Assembly (NCBI RefSeq): GCF_030144855.1
Contig: NC_082712.1
Coordinates: forward strand, 172,360,001-172,424,000
Reading direction: 5' to 3'
Length of the DNA stretch: 64,000 nucleotides
Origin: Hypanus sabinus
Taxonomy: Eukaryota
Shown piece after piece: positions 38,601 to 52,492 of this stretch. The notes below the pieces were generated by a model, which did no database searches, was not told where the DNA came from, and worked only from the letters and a program-made list of their open reading frames with translations. A program made the translations under genes and the position numbers. Every line of letters starts with the position of its first letter. Position 1 is the stretch's first letter.

Positions 38601-40753
38601 TAATCCTGTACCAAGTGTTCGCACGTTGATGGGAGAAAAATTATAGCCTGTCATCAGAAGCAGACAGGCAGGCCTCGGTCCAGATGGAAGACTGGCTGGG
38701 AGAGGGGGCAGGTGGGAAGAATGATGGGAATGTGCAAGGAGACAGAAGACTACTCCCTCTGCTGGCCAGACCATTACCTGTTATAGCGGTAGTTGCTTAG
38801 TTTACACTTGCATGTGTAACATTAGTATTCTACAACTCTTTAAATAATATTTTTTTACAGCCCAACCCCCTCTCAGAAGGAATGGCAAACTGTTTAAATA
38901 TTTCCTTCAGGCTTTCAGATAAAAAAAAACAGCCCTTACTGTCGTAGAAACATTCACTTCAGTCCTTCAATCAAGCTCACATTTAAGTCAATGTTCTGCT
39001 TCTAGGGATTAATTACCAGCAATATGTGAAATGATAAAGTTGCTATTAATTAAGTTAAAAAGGGCATTAATACCACCATGATGCTCATTCACTACTTTCT
39101 AAATAAATCATTTCATCTCTGCACAAGAATTCTTTAAGTAATATGTTATTATCCACAATGATTTATACCAATTCAGTGATGAGCATGATAATTAAGACAT
39201 CCAAGTCAGCCGAATGTGAAAACTAATAATACACAGATGTGACAGTAATGCAAGTTTTCTGTATTTTGATGGATACAAAGAGCATATTGGACACAGGAAA
39301 AATACAAGTGAATGCTCTTAATTACAGTTACTATGAAGCATTTCTTTGATTTTTGTTCCCAGAAGCAGCCTTTATTTTGCCCCCTCCTTTGCTTGCCAGG
39401 TTATTAGGGCTACCAGTGCCTTCTGTTACAGGATCTAACTGCACTTCTGTTTCATGAGATTTTGGCCTTAAACCAGCATCTCCCAGAGCAGGAGGGATCA
39501 GCTTTTTCCCCACTGTTTTCATATAAAGCCTGGCTTCAAAGTTACTCCATCTCCTTGCTTTCCAGAAGGTTCCATCCCAGGAACTCTCGCCTGCCATTTG
39601 GTTTGCTTTCTCATCTCAAAGGAATTGGCTTGCACTGTTTCCCTATGTTGAACTGGCATTTGCTCTATGGAGTGAGTTATTATTAAACTTTTAGGTCAAT
39701 TGTGGCACTAACAACTCTTCAGAAGCTTTCAGACACACAGTACAATTTGCCTGCTAATTAAATATTAATATAAAGTGGTGCATTTGTGGATAAGAGCTTT
39801 TATGCTCTTTCTTCTCCTTCAGAAGGGGGAGAAAGGTTCTCAAGCACATTTCAGTAGTTCTATATTGCAACACACACCTCAGCTTGTGGAAAAAAAACTT
39901 ATGTGTACAGCAAAAATACTAATGTGCCAGTTAAAAATGGGAAGAGATGTAACAAAGACAACATCAATCAAATTTGCATCCTGGGTATGTCTGTCAGCTA
40001 TATGGTTAAGCAAATATCCAGCAGTAACTAAATATCTGCATAATACAATGTACCTCAAACTACTATGTTATATAATGGTGATCCGTACAATTTACAATCA
40101 ACACACCAAATATTTGAAAGACAATGCCATATGTATTTAGTTCTCTATATATACCTTGCATCTGCCCCTCAAAATTGGGCAAATCCAGAGGTTGTTTAGT
40201 GCCCTTTGTTCAGAATAGTTGTACCAATGGCCGAGATGTTGGGTAATCTGCAGACTGAGTAGCATGCAAGCCAAAGATTCCATATGCCAGAACAGATGAC
40301 TCTATTTCCACACCATGATGAGAAGTTGACTGACTCAGGCTTACATCATGTAGTTGTGGTCCTAAAGACACCAGGCCTTGTTCCCAGATACATTTTGTTC
40401 AACTCTTTTATTTATGTGCATTTTGACAAATTCAGAATATGATGTTAAATTTGATACAATTGAATCTTTTTTTTCCAGGAGTTCCCAAAACTTTTAACCA
40501 AGAATTAGAAAATGATAGAATTAGATAAAGGTAACATAATATTTAGTGAATATAATTGCAATACTTGGTCTTGGCATCACTTCAAAAAGAATAATGTTAA
40601 ATGAACCTTGGTTAAAAGCAATCCTAGACACTTGCAACTTGGCTCTGACACCATTCTTCAATTATTAGAAACAGATTAAGTTATTTGATTCTAAACTGAT
40701 AGTGCTAGTTCTATGGGCATGCATCAGGTTCCAGAAGAGAGCTGAGTATGGAA

Positions 40754-40775
40754 TCTCTCTCTCTCTCTCTCTCTC
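40754..40775. repeat. (TC)11 microsatellite
   Basis: Direct reading. Confidence 0.95.
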
Positions 40776-43324
40776 AATACTATGGAATAAGTACCTCAAT
40801 GAACAACACTTCTTTTATCTCACGTTATGTGAATTTCTCTTTGTGTACAGATATTAATGCTTAGTCTTGTAACCAGGAATAAAGAAAGCTATCTGTTGAA
40901 AGGGTATACTTATTTTAACTAATTTCCTATTTATATTCAAGGAACGTTCCATGACAAATGATGTTGATATTGATGGCGCCTTCCCTACTTGTTTTCCTTT
41001 CTCTGTCATAATCATCGCAAAGGAAATAAAACAGTGTTAGATGCACGATTATGGGATCCCACACTGTCTTCTATGATTGGAGGAGCAATGGCACGTGATG
41101 TCGTCTGAAGCGGTGGCAGAGCAGAAGCAGCAGGGGAGCTCTCTACTTTCCAATAAAAAGGCAAGTTTCTGAGGAATCGTTCTTCTTTTCATCATTTGTG
41201 AAACTGAAGAAAACAAAGTTGTTCAACAATGTGAACAGCTGCTATTATTAAACTAAAAAGTCCACTAGTGCTTGAGACTGAGAGGCCCACATGTTCAGCT
41301 GTCCTCTCATCTTGCCATCCTATCCAATTAACTATTAACATGGAGGGCTTTACACATGCTCTCAGGGACTCTTTAACAGGCTTCTTGGAGAGTTGAACAA
41401 CTACACAGCAGGGACTCTGGGAACGGAGTAGCATTGGCTGCATGAAAATCCTTGCCAGCTTCACTCCACTTAATGACAGCTCACTCTGCAGTTTAGTGTT
41501 TGATTGAGACAGAAACTTTAAACCAATTTCTACAAAACGGATCTGACTACCAGAAACTTACACATAAAATTAAATGCGGCAATTCTTATCAAATGCATAT
41601 ATACTCTTTCAAAACATTGATGTAACAATGGAATGCAGAAATAATTATTGTACTGAGGCTTATAATGTATCCAGGTTACTTACAGCAACATTAACAGCTG
41701 TCCATGCAGCCAATAGCACAGCTGGAGTCATAAGTATTCAATGTTTGGTGCAACTTAAATTAGCTTAATGTTTAAGAATTATTCCATATAGAACGTTCCA
41801 GAAACAATCACAAGTTTTTTTTGAAAAATATTTTTGAGTGTCTGTTCTAACAACAGAGTTCTTTTTTAACCCTTTTTGTTTTGGTTGTTCACCCTTGCAA
41901 TTTTGTGATTAGTTAAAGATTTCTCAAAGTAACCAGGACATCCGTTCCTCACTGACTTTGCCAATAATCACTATGACAATACTTTGAATTCCTGTCCTTT
42001 TTTCTTAAAAGGAGCTTGATAATTTGCAGATAGAATAAAACTCCTTAAAGAACTCATTAAATGTTCACAATATTTGCTTGGCATGTCTCCAAAATGTCTT
42101 TTCCCTTCATAAGGAACATTAGAGTACTTCCTCTGAATTTCTAAGAAACCCCATGAGAACCAAAACAGTTCGACGTCTTAGGATTAGTGCAGTCACTGCC
42201 ACTCAAACAGCAGCATCAACTGAATCTTAAGTGAATCTAAGTTAATTTCAGAAGGGATTTCAGCGTAATTTAGTAGCTCCCAAATAAACTGTCCAAATTT
42301 GATGGACTTTATTTTGTACAATACACAAAGCAGCTATCAACTCAAGGTGTTTAATTCTCCTTAATTACTAATTATTTTATGCACATCTTGAGCACACAAT
42401 ATGGGAGGGCACAGAATATTTTGGACCAGACATGAGGTAAAGTGTTGGCAAGTGCAATACCAATAATGCTGGCATTTACCCTATACCTGTCATGAGATTC
42501 AAGGCTCCCAGTCTGTGCTGGGGTTTCTCTTGACTGCACTCTTAATGCTGGATACATGTAAACTAAATACAATAACCCAGTAGTTACATTGGGAAATCTG
42601 CAAAAAGAAATTGTAGCAGGAACAGCAAGACCATTAACTGGAATGGAGAAGAAAGGCTGTGAGATGCCAGGATTTCAGTAATTTTTACGTTTTTAAAATT
42701 GTGTTTTAGAATTTGTGTTAATTTTTGAACTTTTTAATTGCTGTTAGTTAAATTGTTCGTTTTTTCTGTTTTTTTTGCTGTTTTAATGGGGATATTCAGG
42801 TTATATAAAGGCCTTGATGTGTACCTAATCATCAAAGCCAGAGGCATCATTTAACCCATTGGCAATGTTTTAGAGCTTTTTCTAGCCTGCCTGCATTATG
42901 GCAAGGAAATTCACCACTTCTCGTAAGTAGTCACTAACAGGCCCAGAGAAGTTCAGCTTGTACATTATTTGTAGGTCAACAAAAAGAGTGGGCGACTAGC
43001 AAGTTCTGTGCAAATATCCATCTGCCCCTCCTTCACTCCAGTAATTGCATTCAATCATGCCCAATTTAGACATGATCTGCGATTCATCATCTTGCTGCAC
43101 CATGGCTTAGTATGGCAACTGCTCTACCCCTGACAGCAAGGACACACAGCTCAGCATATCATAGAAACCAGCCTCCCTCCGTGGAATCTGTCTGCAACAT
43201 CGCCCTGCTGCCACATGATCCAAGACCCCACTCACTCTGGACATTCTCTCTTCTCCACCCTCTGATCATGTGGAAGGAATTTAAGGATCAAGGAGGATCA
43301 ACTTTATTTGCCATATATATTAGG

Positions 43325-43585
43325 ACAGCATGCTAGTTTAGAGGTTAGCGTAACACTTTACAGTACAGGCAACCAGGGTTCAATTACTGCTGTAAGAAGT
43401 TCTCCTGATGACAGTGTGGGCTTCCTCCAGGTGTCCAGGTTTTCTCCCACAATCCAAAGACCTACTAATTGGTATGGTGAACTAGTCTTTGTAAATAGTC
43501 CCATGACTAGGTTAGGATTAAATTGGCAGATTGCTGGGCAGGTCTGGCTTGAAAGGCCTATGCCACGCTGTATCTCAATAAATAT
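43325..43585 (+). mobile_element. HE1-like V-SINE inserted in a LINE 3' fragment
   Basis: ggttagcgtaacacttta...gggttcaatt head, ttctcccacaatccaaagac core, ggcctatgccacgctgtatctcaataaa tail. Confidence 0.7.
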
Positions 43586-46500
43586 ATAAATACATTTACA
43601 TGTATTAGAAATTGAAGATATAAATGCATCAAAGCATGTACCACAAGGCTTAAGAACAGCTTCTATCCCATTGTTATCAGACTCTTGAAAGGTTCTCTTG
43701 TATAAGTTGGGACTCTTGACCTCACAATCCACTTTATTACAGCTTTGCATTTTATTGTCCAATAAAACACTGCACACTCTTTGTAGTACAGCATAACATT
43801 TTATTTTGCATTCTGTTATTGTTTTTCCCTGTACTACCTCAGAGGACTGTTGAAGTAACATGTATACTGATCACTGTACCTTGGAACATATCACAATAAT
43901 AAACCAATTTACCAATTAATTTAATTCCAAAAGGAAGACACTGTAGACAGGAAATTAATTGAGATGTTGGAAATGGTGGAAATATTCAGCAGACCACTTC
44001 TGATGAATGGACACTGAAATACAATGTTAAACCTGTTCAGCTCTTAGATGCAACATGACCTTTCAGCTTTTTCTGCTTTTAAATCCATCCCTGCAATGTT
44101 ACTGATTGTGAACTCTATTTTCATTCACTGTTTCTATTCTCCATATTTATGTGTTCTTGGAAACAGTTGTTGTCTGGTGCTTCATGCAGGGAAATTCTTG
44201 AGAAGCGGACTACAATTATAAAGACGATTATTATCAGTATAATTATTATCAGTCCATCTCAGCTAGACTTACTCCAGTCTCTTAGAAATATAGAAAATGA
44301 TATTCTAAAAATATATCACTGACTTTACTGTTAATGGACCATGTCAGATTTTTTAATAACTACTGCTTCACATACTTTGTCCATATTAATGAATCATGGA
44401 GCTGGAATATGCAACTAATTCAATCTATAAAATATGTAGATAGTAAAAAAAAAGCTGAAAAATATCAAAATAGTAACTACTCAGGTCAGGAAACATTTAT
44501 AAAAACGGAAACAAAATTAATGTTTCAGATTGAATACACCTTGTTGGAAGAGAGAAAGTAAGTTAGTTCTAATGAAGTGTATTTTGACTTGTAACATTCA
44601 CTTTGTTTCTCAATCCACAGATGCCGCCTGTCCTGCTGAGATTCCAGTATTTTCCAATTTATTGCAGACTTTCAGAACTTGCAGTTGTTTGATTTTCAGT
44701 GGTTCAAGATAATTAAAGTTAGTTATCTACTGTCACAGAATAAATCTAGCTTGATTGATACTGCAAAAATCCGTACTTTGCGGTGGCTCAATCAGAATGA
44801 TCTATTAAGAAACAATAGAATGAAAATAAACAGCCACAGCCTACTTGGAGAGGAATTCTTTGCCCTCTGAGGGAAGAAATTCCTCATCCTTATTCTGATG
44901 GATGGCCCGCTATTTTGCAACTGTGATCTTCTAGCCACCCCATCTAAAGGAATGTAAGTACAGCACTATAATCCAAACTCATAAAGCTTTCCTACCCTGC
45001 ACTTCAATACAAATTCCAAAAAAAAAGGTCCATTGGAAAGGCAGAGTGAACAACAGGGGAAATCTGTGATAAGATAGAAGGCAGAAGATACTGAATGACT
45101 AAAGTAATGGTTGAGCAAAGTGTAACAGAGTGGTAAAGACAATATGAGATAATGTCTGGGCCAGGAACAAATCGGAGTAGAATATGTTAAGGACAGAAAA
45201 GATACCAATTCCTGGAAATATGAAGTGTATGGCCACAATGAATACTCATCAAAAACTTAAAAATTAATGTTGTAATTATAATAATAATGTCAGTCAGAAG
45301 ATGAGATGGGGTTCCTCAAGCTTACTGTGAGCTTTGTTTGAACACTGCAGGCAGCTGATGGGGGTCAGGATGGGGGTAAGGCAAAGAATTAAAATGAATG
45401 GCGGCACATGAAAGCCCATTGACCTTGTGGACCGAATGGAGATATTCAAAGGTTCATTTATTATCTAAGCAGGTATGCAGTAAACAACTCTGAGATTTGT
45501 CTTCTCCAGATAACCACAAAACTGCGAGATCATGGAAGTTGTTCAAAGAGAAAGATCAACACTCCTTTGCACAAAGAAAAAATCTTGCAAACGGCAACAC
45601 GATCATCAACCCCCTCCCTACACAAAAAAGAAAATTACGCAAATGGCAACAAAAACATCAAACCCTCCCCACATGCAAAAAACAAGTCGTGCAAATGGCA
45701 AGAACATCAGACCCCCAAAGCCCAACCCCACAAATAAAACTACCAAATTGTGCCAAACAGCAACAAGAAAGAATGGGCAAACACAGAATATTAAAAACAT
45801 GAAGCTGAACAAGACCAAATTGAGCTACAGTTCACAATCCATAAATCACAAAACATTGGTAATATCGAATGACAGCTTTGAAGGGACAGAGACCACTCAA
45901 ATGCAGAGGCCTTCCTTTGGCAGCACTGGGCGATAAGCAGTCACCTAGACTTGTGTTTGGTAATCCCACCATAGGGAAAACCACAACATAAGCACTGAAT
46001 GCAGCATACTAAACAGGAAACGGGACGTCATAGTGCAGTAGAATCTGTCACAATTGAAAAATGATGACAAAAAAAAGTTTTTGATATCAATAATAAAAAT
46101 CCAAGGTCACAAACTCTAGGAAAATTGAGTCATTTCTCAAAGGAAGTCTTCCTTGTCTTCGTGGTAGAATTTTGATATCTGTCAAAAGATTATGAGTTCA
46201 AGCTCTGCTTCAGGTATTAAAGGTAAAATCTAGGCCAACACTTCAATGCAATAAAAACAAATGCTTAACTGTTGTAAATAAAAGCAAAACAGAAAATGCT
46301 GAAGGAACTCAGCAGCTCAGAACAGAAATTGGGTTGGTTGGGGGTGAGGCATAGGTGAAGCCAGGTGAGGTGTCCCTCATGTGCAGAATTTCTTGTGTTA
46401 CTGTTGGATATACCTATTTTCCAATAAGGAATCAGTTGCAAATTAGCTTTTTAAGACCCCCTACAGTGCCCATTCTTGTTCTAAACATCCTATTATTTTG

Positions 46501-47469
46501 AAGTAGCCATCAATGTTCATAGTTCATCATAGGTTGAAGTTAAACCAAGATTTTAGCAAATATTTCCCAGAAGAGTGTGAACTAGGGACTTTTCCTGGCG
46601 CTGAAGCTAACAAATCAACCCAAAAACCTTGAGAAATAGCAACAGAACTAGACCATGACTCCCTGGAACCCACTCTACTATTCAACAACATCTCAATTAA
46701 TTTCCTGTCTAGAGTCGTCATTTTCAGATTTACCCCAACTTTAAATATGCCCAGTGACTGAGCATGTACATCATTTTTGAAGTAAAGAATATCAAACATT
46801 TATAACCCTCTATGTGAAGAAATTTCTCATTTCAGAATAAAAAGTTTTTTTAAAAATTCTGAGACTATGCCTCTAGTTTTAAAGGAATCACCCTTTCACT
46901 ATGCTCTGTCACTCTGTCAATCTCCCTCATAATCTTAGATGCTTCAATAAGGTTACCATCTCATTCTTTTAATCTCAAATGAATAAATATTTCCTCATGG
47001 GACAATCCCCTCATCTCAGGACAAATTCATAGCAAGGTATAGAGACCAAAATGGTGGACCATATTACAAAAGAACCCATCATAATTTCTGCAAAATTTTT
47101 CTTACTTTTGTAGACTAAACCTGACCCAAATGAGAATTGCTAATTATCACGAGAGTCAGGAGAATATTACAAAAGGTATGGTAGTTGAATTTCTGACATT
47201 GGTTCAGTACATTCCTTCAAGATTTACCCAGAACTGGCTTGCTGAGGAGTTACTTTCAGCTACATAACAATACTCTTAGAAAGTCAAAATATCAAATAAT
47301 GTAAACACTGTACTGCATAGGTCAGGCAGCATCTATGGAGAGAGAAAAACAGAGAAAATGGCAAAATGGATGACAGAGTCGAGAAGAGACTGAAAATACA
47401 GGTTCTGTTGGTATCAGTAGAAAGGAAGTGTCAGTGGTGTTGATAAAGACTAATGGATAACAAAGGATG

Positions 47470-47536
47470 CAGTACTATGCAAAAGTATTAGGCACATATT
47501 TATAGCTAGAATGCCTAAGACTTTTGCACAATACTG
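47470..47536. mobile_element. Tc1-family palindromic MITE (~67 bp)
   Basis: CAGTACTATGCAAAAGTATTAGGCAC...TGCCTAAGACTTTTGCACAATACTG followed by TA. Confidence 0.8.
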
Positions 47537-47938
47537 TATTTGGCAATGTGGAGCATAGTGTGAGTTTGTAAATCTGGCTGGAGCAAAGGATGTTGGGAAT
47601 GGAGCGCCATGGGAGGGATATTGGACAAGTAGCAGAGAAGGAATGCCAGGATCAGGGGATGGTGCAGGTTCAGACACTCCCAGCTCTGAGATATTAGGGA
47701 AAGTAACTTGATTCCAAACAATTGCTTATTGATCATTACAGAATGCCTCTCTGGTGCTTCTCACTCTGTCCCTTCCCCCTTTCCCTTCTCCCAACCATGA
47801 TTTGCTATTCCCAGCCCCCTTCCCACTCTCAGTCCATCGCAGAGACCCAATCAGGATCAGGTTTATCATCACTCACGCATCATGAAACTTTTTTTTCCCC
47901 TCTCCGGCAGCAGTACAGTGCAAGACATAAAATTATAA

Positions 47939-48007
47939 CAGTACTGTGCAAAAGTCTGAGGCACCCTAGATATATAGATATGTGCCCAAGACTTTTGCAC
48001 AGTACTG
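47939..48007. mobile_element. Tc1-family palindromic MITE (69 bp)
   Basis: CAGTACTGTGCAAAAGTCT...AGACTTTTGCACAGTACTG perfect 19-bp terminal arms, TA on the right. Confidence 0.85.
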
Positions 48008-49650
48008 TATATCTGGGGAAACTGTAACTAATAAACCTTAAATAACAGAAGAGGAGAGAATTTTGAAAATTATTGATAAGTACAGCTGATATTTGCCTAG
48101 AGTGCAAATGAACATTGTGTGATTAAGTATAATCTTCCAAGTTGAGAACTTCAGCCCCCCAGATAATGGAAGGTTTCAGAATTTTGCTATTCCTTGAGTC
48201 CAAGTTAAGCGGAATTCAGACTCCTCTCAGTCTTTTTCCATTTGCTATCAAACTGTGGAGGTCATTCTCTACTCTGGATAACTCAAGAATCTAGATTGCA
48301 CTCTCAGTATTTATACTAAGATTTGTTAAATAGTAGTTTTTCTATCAATCTCTGTTGTTCCTCTGGGTTCATCAGATGTGTGGAGAGGGGGAGCTTGCTG
48401 CATGGGCAACAACTTGCTCTCCATATTGCACTGCCCAGGATTGCGTATCTAAGACAGCTCAGACACAATATCCATGGTCTACTCTGACTGACAAAGGCCT
48501 CAGAGAGTTTGTGTGACGAAGATCTTCTGTTTCTCTAAGTCCTCCACAATGTTATATATATGTACTTGGCTTCAAGGTAAAGATCTCAAGTTGATGTCTT
48601 TTATACATGGTACAAATTTCTCAAAAAAGACAAGCAAAAGCAAATCAGCAAAAGGAAATACAGTCCTTCATATATGTAATGAAATTATCTTGTGCAGAGT
48701 CTTGTTTCATGAAAATTCTGGTGGATAACTGGGAAGGGATTTAATTGAAGTGGCGATAATGAAGCTTTCACATTAGCCCTATTACAAATTCCAGTGAGTT
48801 CTACAACTGGACAAAGACTCATTAAAGTTGATGTGGACTTGGCCAGCTCAATTAACTGGTAATAAAAACATGTCAATAAAAATGTAGCAATTACTAAGGA
48901 GTATACTTTACAACAATAAATTAAAGTATATCCATACAGCTTTATGCAAAAACAGAAAACAATGCATAGTCACTTTCCAAGCCATAATTGTTGTTTTACA
49001 GTGAAACAAATGCAAACCCAGAGGCTTACTTGAAGACTGTTATGAGATGCAGTGCCTCAAAGAAATACATCAGCTTATTGCTAATGTCACATTGATAGAT
49101 GGCATGTTATTTTATGGATAAAAACTCAGTCTGAAGTCTCGTCCTTTATAAATGTACTGTTGATTTAATAGATACAGAAACAGACATGAATTGAAAATGA
49201 CATTGTTAAAAATTATTAGAGAATATTCTCAGAACAACATTTTAATTTGACAAGTTATGCATAATCTTCATGTGAATTTCAACAAAAGGAAATGGCAAGT
49301 TCCAACTTCCAAGTTCCACAATCAACTTCTTTTTCAAGTAATTTTGTGGTAATTGGCTAAAACATTAGCCGAACAACAGTCAAGTATTTGGAGACACACA
49401 CTCAATGATTTAGGAACAGCTTCTTTCCATTGCTATTAGATTTCTTAAAGGACAATGAACTCATGAACACTATCTCACTATATTTGCTCCCTTTTGCACT
49501 ACATATTTAATTTAATTTTTATATACATGTATATTTCTTATTGTGATTTAAAGTTTTTAAATGTTTTGCACCGTACTGCTGCTGCAAAACAACTTTCATC
49601 ACATATTCTCATTTGAAGTGTCATTTCTGTCTCTTTAACAGCAGGTACAA

Positions 49651-49886
49651 AACTGCCAGATTGTCATGGATGTAAACACCAATTGGGGAAAAAGGAGGTT
49701 ACCTCAGAAAGTTCCAGTCTTTAGCTGTGTAATAAGAATCAAAACTGTAACTGTACTGTAGGACAAAATACCAGCAGTGAGACAAAGCAACAATAACACC
49801 CAGAGACAGGTGAGGTAGATTTTCTTTCATTTTGACATTTGCAAAATTGATTTTTGTGCGACTAACGTAATCTGAAATGACTCCAC
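49651..49886 (+). repeat. Donor copy of a 236-bp exact local duplication
   Basis: Base-for-base identical to 51536-51771. Confidence 0.95.
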
Positions 49887-49899
49887 TGGTAAAAGATTC

Positions 49900-50395
49900 A
49901 AGATTCAAGATTGTTTAGTGTAAAGGAGAACAAAATGGTTGTTACTTCAGATCTGATGCAGCAAAAAAAAAGACTAGAACATAAAGAACACAAATCTAAA
50001 TGCAATAAAGAACACAGTAAATATAAAAACAAATCTATAAAATAATCATGTATAAATAATAAAATGATTGTATGTACATAAAGTGACGCTGGGTGATATG
50101 TATGTAGTGGTGGTGAGGTTGATCAGCCTGATGGCTGGAGGAAGTAACTGTTTTTGAATCTTGTGGTCCTGGCATCATTGCTGCACATTCTCTTCCCTGA
50201 TGAGAGTGAGACAAACAGTCCATGGGGAGGAAGGTTGGTGGGATTCTTCATGATATTGCTGGTCTTTTTCCTGTGTCCTTGATGGTGGGTAGGCTGGTGC
50301 TGGTGATATGTTGGGCAATTTTAACTACCAGTTGTAGACCTCGTCTGCCGCACTGCAGATTCCTTATCAAACAGTGATGCAGCATGCTAGGAAGT
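49900..50395 (-). mobile_element. Rex1/Babar-type LINE 3' fragment
   Basis: (gattcaa)n tail, gggattcttcatgatattgctggtc. Same subfamily as 31660. Confidence 0.7.
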
Positions 50396-51535
50396 CTCTT
50401 GGGTAATAATTGCAAGCCCAGTCTATTTATGTCATAGAAGATCTCATTCTATTTTAAACAAAAGAGCTGATGGCTCTTCCTTTGAGCCACTAGTATTATT
50501 CCATTTCTAAACAACCATGAAAATATACTAGAATGAATGAGCTGACAATGACTTGGAGCTCAAACTTCCAAACACAGCAAATACCTTCATACTCCCGTTT
50601 GACTGCTGAGGTTCAAGTGACCTTGGTACCGGAATATAGTTACTGTGTCTTGAACAGTTTCCAGTGGCACTGAAGATTAGCTCACATCCTGCTGGATGTT
50701 TGTTGGAGGTGAGGTGCAAAACTGAGGTGAGAGGATTGAGAAAAACCTCACCATTTATTCATTGAAGCATTCTTGAAGATAGGCCTTACACCCAACATCA
50801 GCAAGATCTTCTACCAAAATGCCCACCGGACCATTCTACCTTCCAACAATAAAAATTCACAGTGAGACTCTGGAAAATGAGAACCTTTTCCATATCTCAG
50901 GAGTCACAGTTTGGCATCGGCTGAAATTGATAATGAAATTCACCACCGCCTTCAATGTGCCAGCAAAGCCTTAAATCAATTGAGGGAAAGTGTACTTGAA
51001 GATCAAGACATGAAATCTGGCATGAAAGTCTTGGCCTGTGGGCTGAAGTGAGTTCTACCTTCCTATATGCTTTAAAGCTGAATGATCTACAATTAGTGGC
51101 CACTTAATTAGGTACAACTGCTCATTAATGCAAATATTCAATCAGCCAATCATGTGGGAGCAATGCAATGCATAAAAACATACAAATTTGGTCAAGAAGT
51201 TCAGTTGTTGTTCAGCCCAAACATCAGAATGGGGAAGAAATGTGATCTAAGTGACATGAATGATTGTTGTCAGATGGGGTGGTGTGGGTATCTCAGAAAC
51301 TGCTGATCTTCTAGGATTTTCACGCTTTAATATTCTCTAGAACTTACAGATGATGATGCAAAAAAACCCACCAAAGAAACATTCAGTGAGTGACAGTTCC
51401 GTGGACAAAAATTCCTTATTGATGAGAGAGGTCAGAGGAGAATGGTCAAGTTGATAGGAAGGTGACAGTAACTCAAATTACCATGCGTTACAACAGTGGT
51501 GTGCAGAAGAACATCTTTCAAAGCACAACACATCG

Positions 51536-51771
51536 AACTGCCAGATTGTCATGGATGTAAACACCAATTGGGGAAAAAGGAGGTTACCTCAGAAAGTTCC
51601 AGTCTTTAGCTGTGTAATAAGAATCAAAACTGTAACTGTACTGTAGGACAAAATACCAGCAGTGAGACAAAGCAACAATAACACCCAGAGACAGGTGAGG
51701 TAGATTTTCTTTCATTTTGACATTTGCAAAATTGATTTTTGTGCGACTAACGTAATCTGAAATGACTCCAC
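51536..51771 (+). repeat. Inserted copy of the 236-bp duplication
   Basis: Identical to 49651-49886 and interrupts the Tc1-like element. Confidence 0.95.
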
Positions 51772-51804
51772 ATAGCAGCAGAAGACTGTGCCAAGTACCA
51801 CACC

Positions 51805-52492
51805 TGGGTTCCTGGGTGTCAAGATCTCTGAGGATCTAACCTGGTTCCAACACATTGATGTAGTCATAAAGAAGGCAAGACAGCAGCTATACTTTATTAG
51901 GAGTTTGAAGCGATTTGGCATGTCAACAAATACACTCAAAAACTTATATATTTGTACTCATGAGAGCATTCTGACAGGCTGCATCACTGTCTGGTATGGA
52001 GGGGCTACTGCACAGGACCGAAAGAAGCTGCAGATGGTTATAATTCTAGTCAGCTCCATCTTGGGCGCTGGCCTACAAAGTACTCAGGACATCTTTAGGG
52101 AGCAGTGTTTCAGGAAGGCAGCATCCATTATTAAGGACTTCCAGCACCCAGGGCATGCCCTTTTCTCATTGTTACCATCAGGTAGGAGATACAGAAGCCT
52201 GAAGGCACACACTCAGTGATTCAGGAACAGCTTCTTCCCCTCTGCATCTGATTTCTGAATGGACTTTGAAGCTTTGGACACTACCTCACTTTTTTAATAC
52301 ACAGTATTTCTGTTTTTGCACATTTTTAATAATATATTCAATATGCATAATTTACTTGTTTATTATTATTATGCTTTATTTATTATTGCTATTTTTTCTG
52401 TCTCTGCTAGATTATGTATTGCATTGAACTGCTGCTGCTAAGTTAACAAATTTCACATCACATGCTGGTGATAATAAACCTGATTTTGATTC
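51805..52492 (+). mobile_element. Rex1/Babar-type LINE 3' fragment
   Basis: ORF 51788..52219 FLGVKISEDLTW...KKARQQLYFIRSL...ESILTGCITVWYG, tail aataaacctgattttgattct. Confidence 0.85.

Noticed and set aside
43325-43395. tRNA gene
   Set aside because: Degenerate tRNA-derived SINE head with no complete cloverleaf.
45497-45936. Lys/Gln/Thr-rich ORFs of 101 and 134 aa
   Set aside because: Reverse complement of a T/G-rich retroelement 3'UTR.
51387-51396. Perfect PBX-PREP decamer TGAGTGACAG
   Set aside because: Inside a Tc1-like element and absent from sister copies. Likely a chance mutation.
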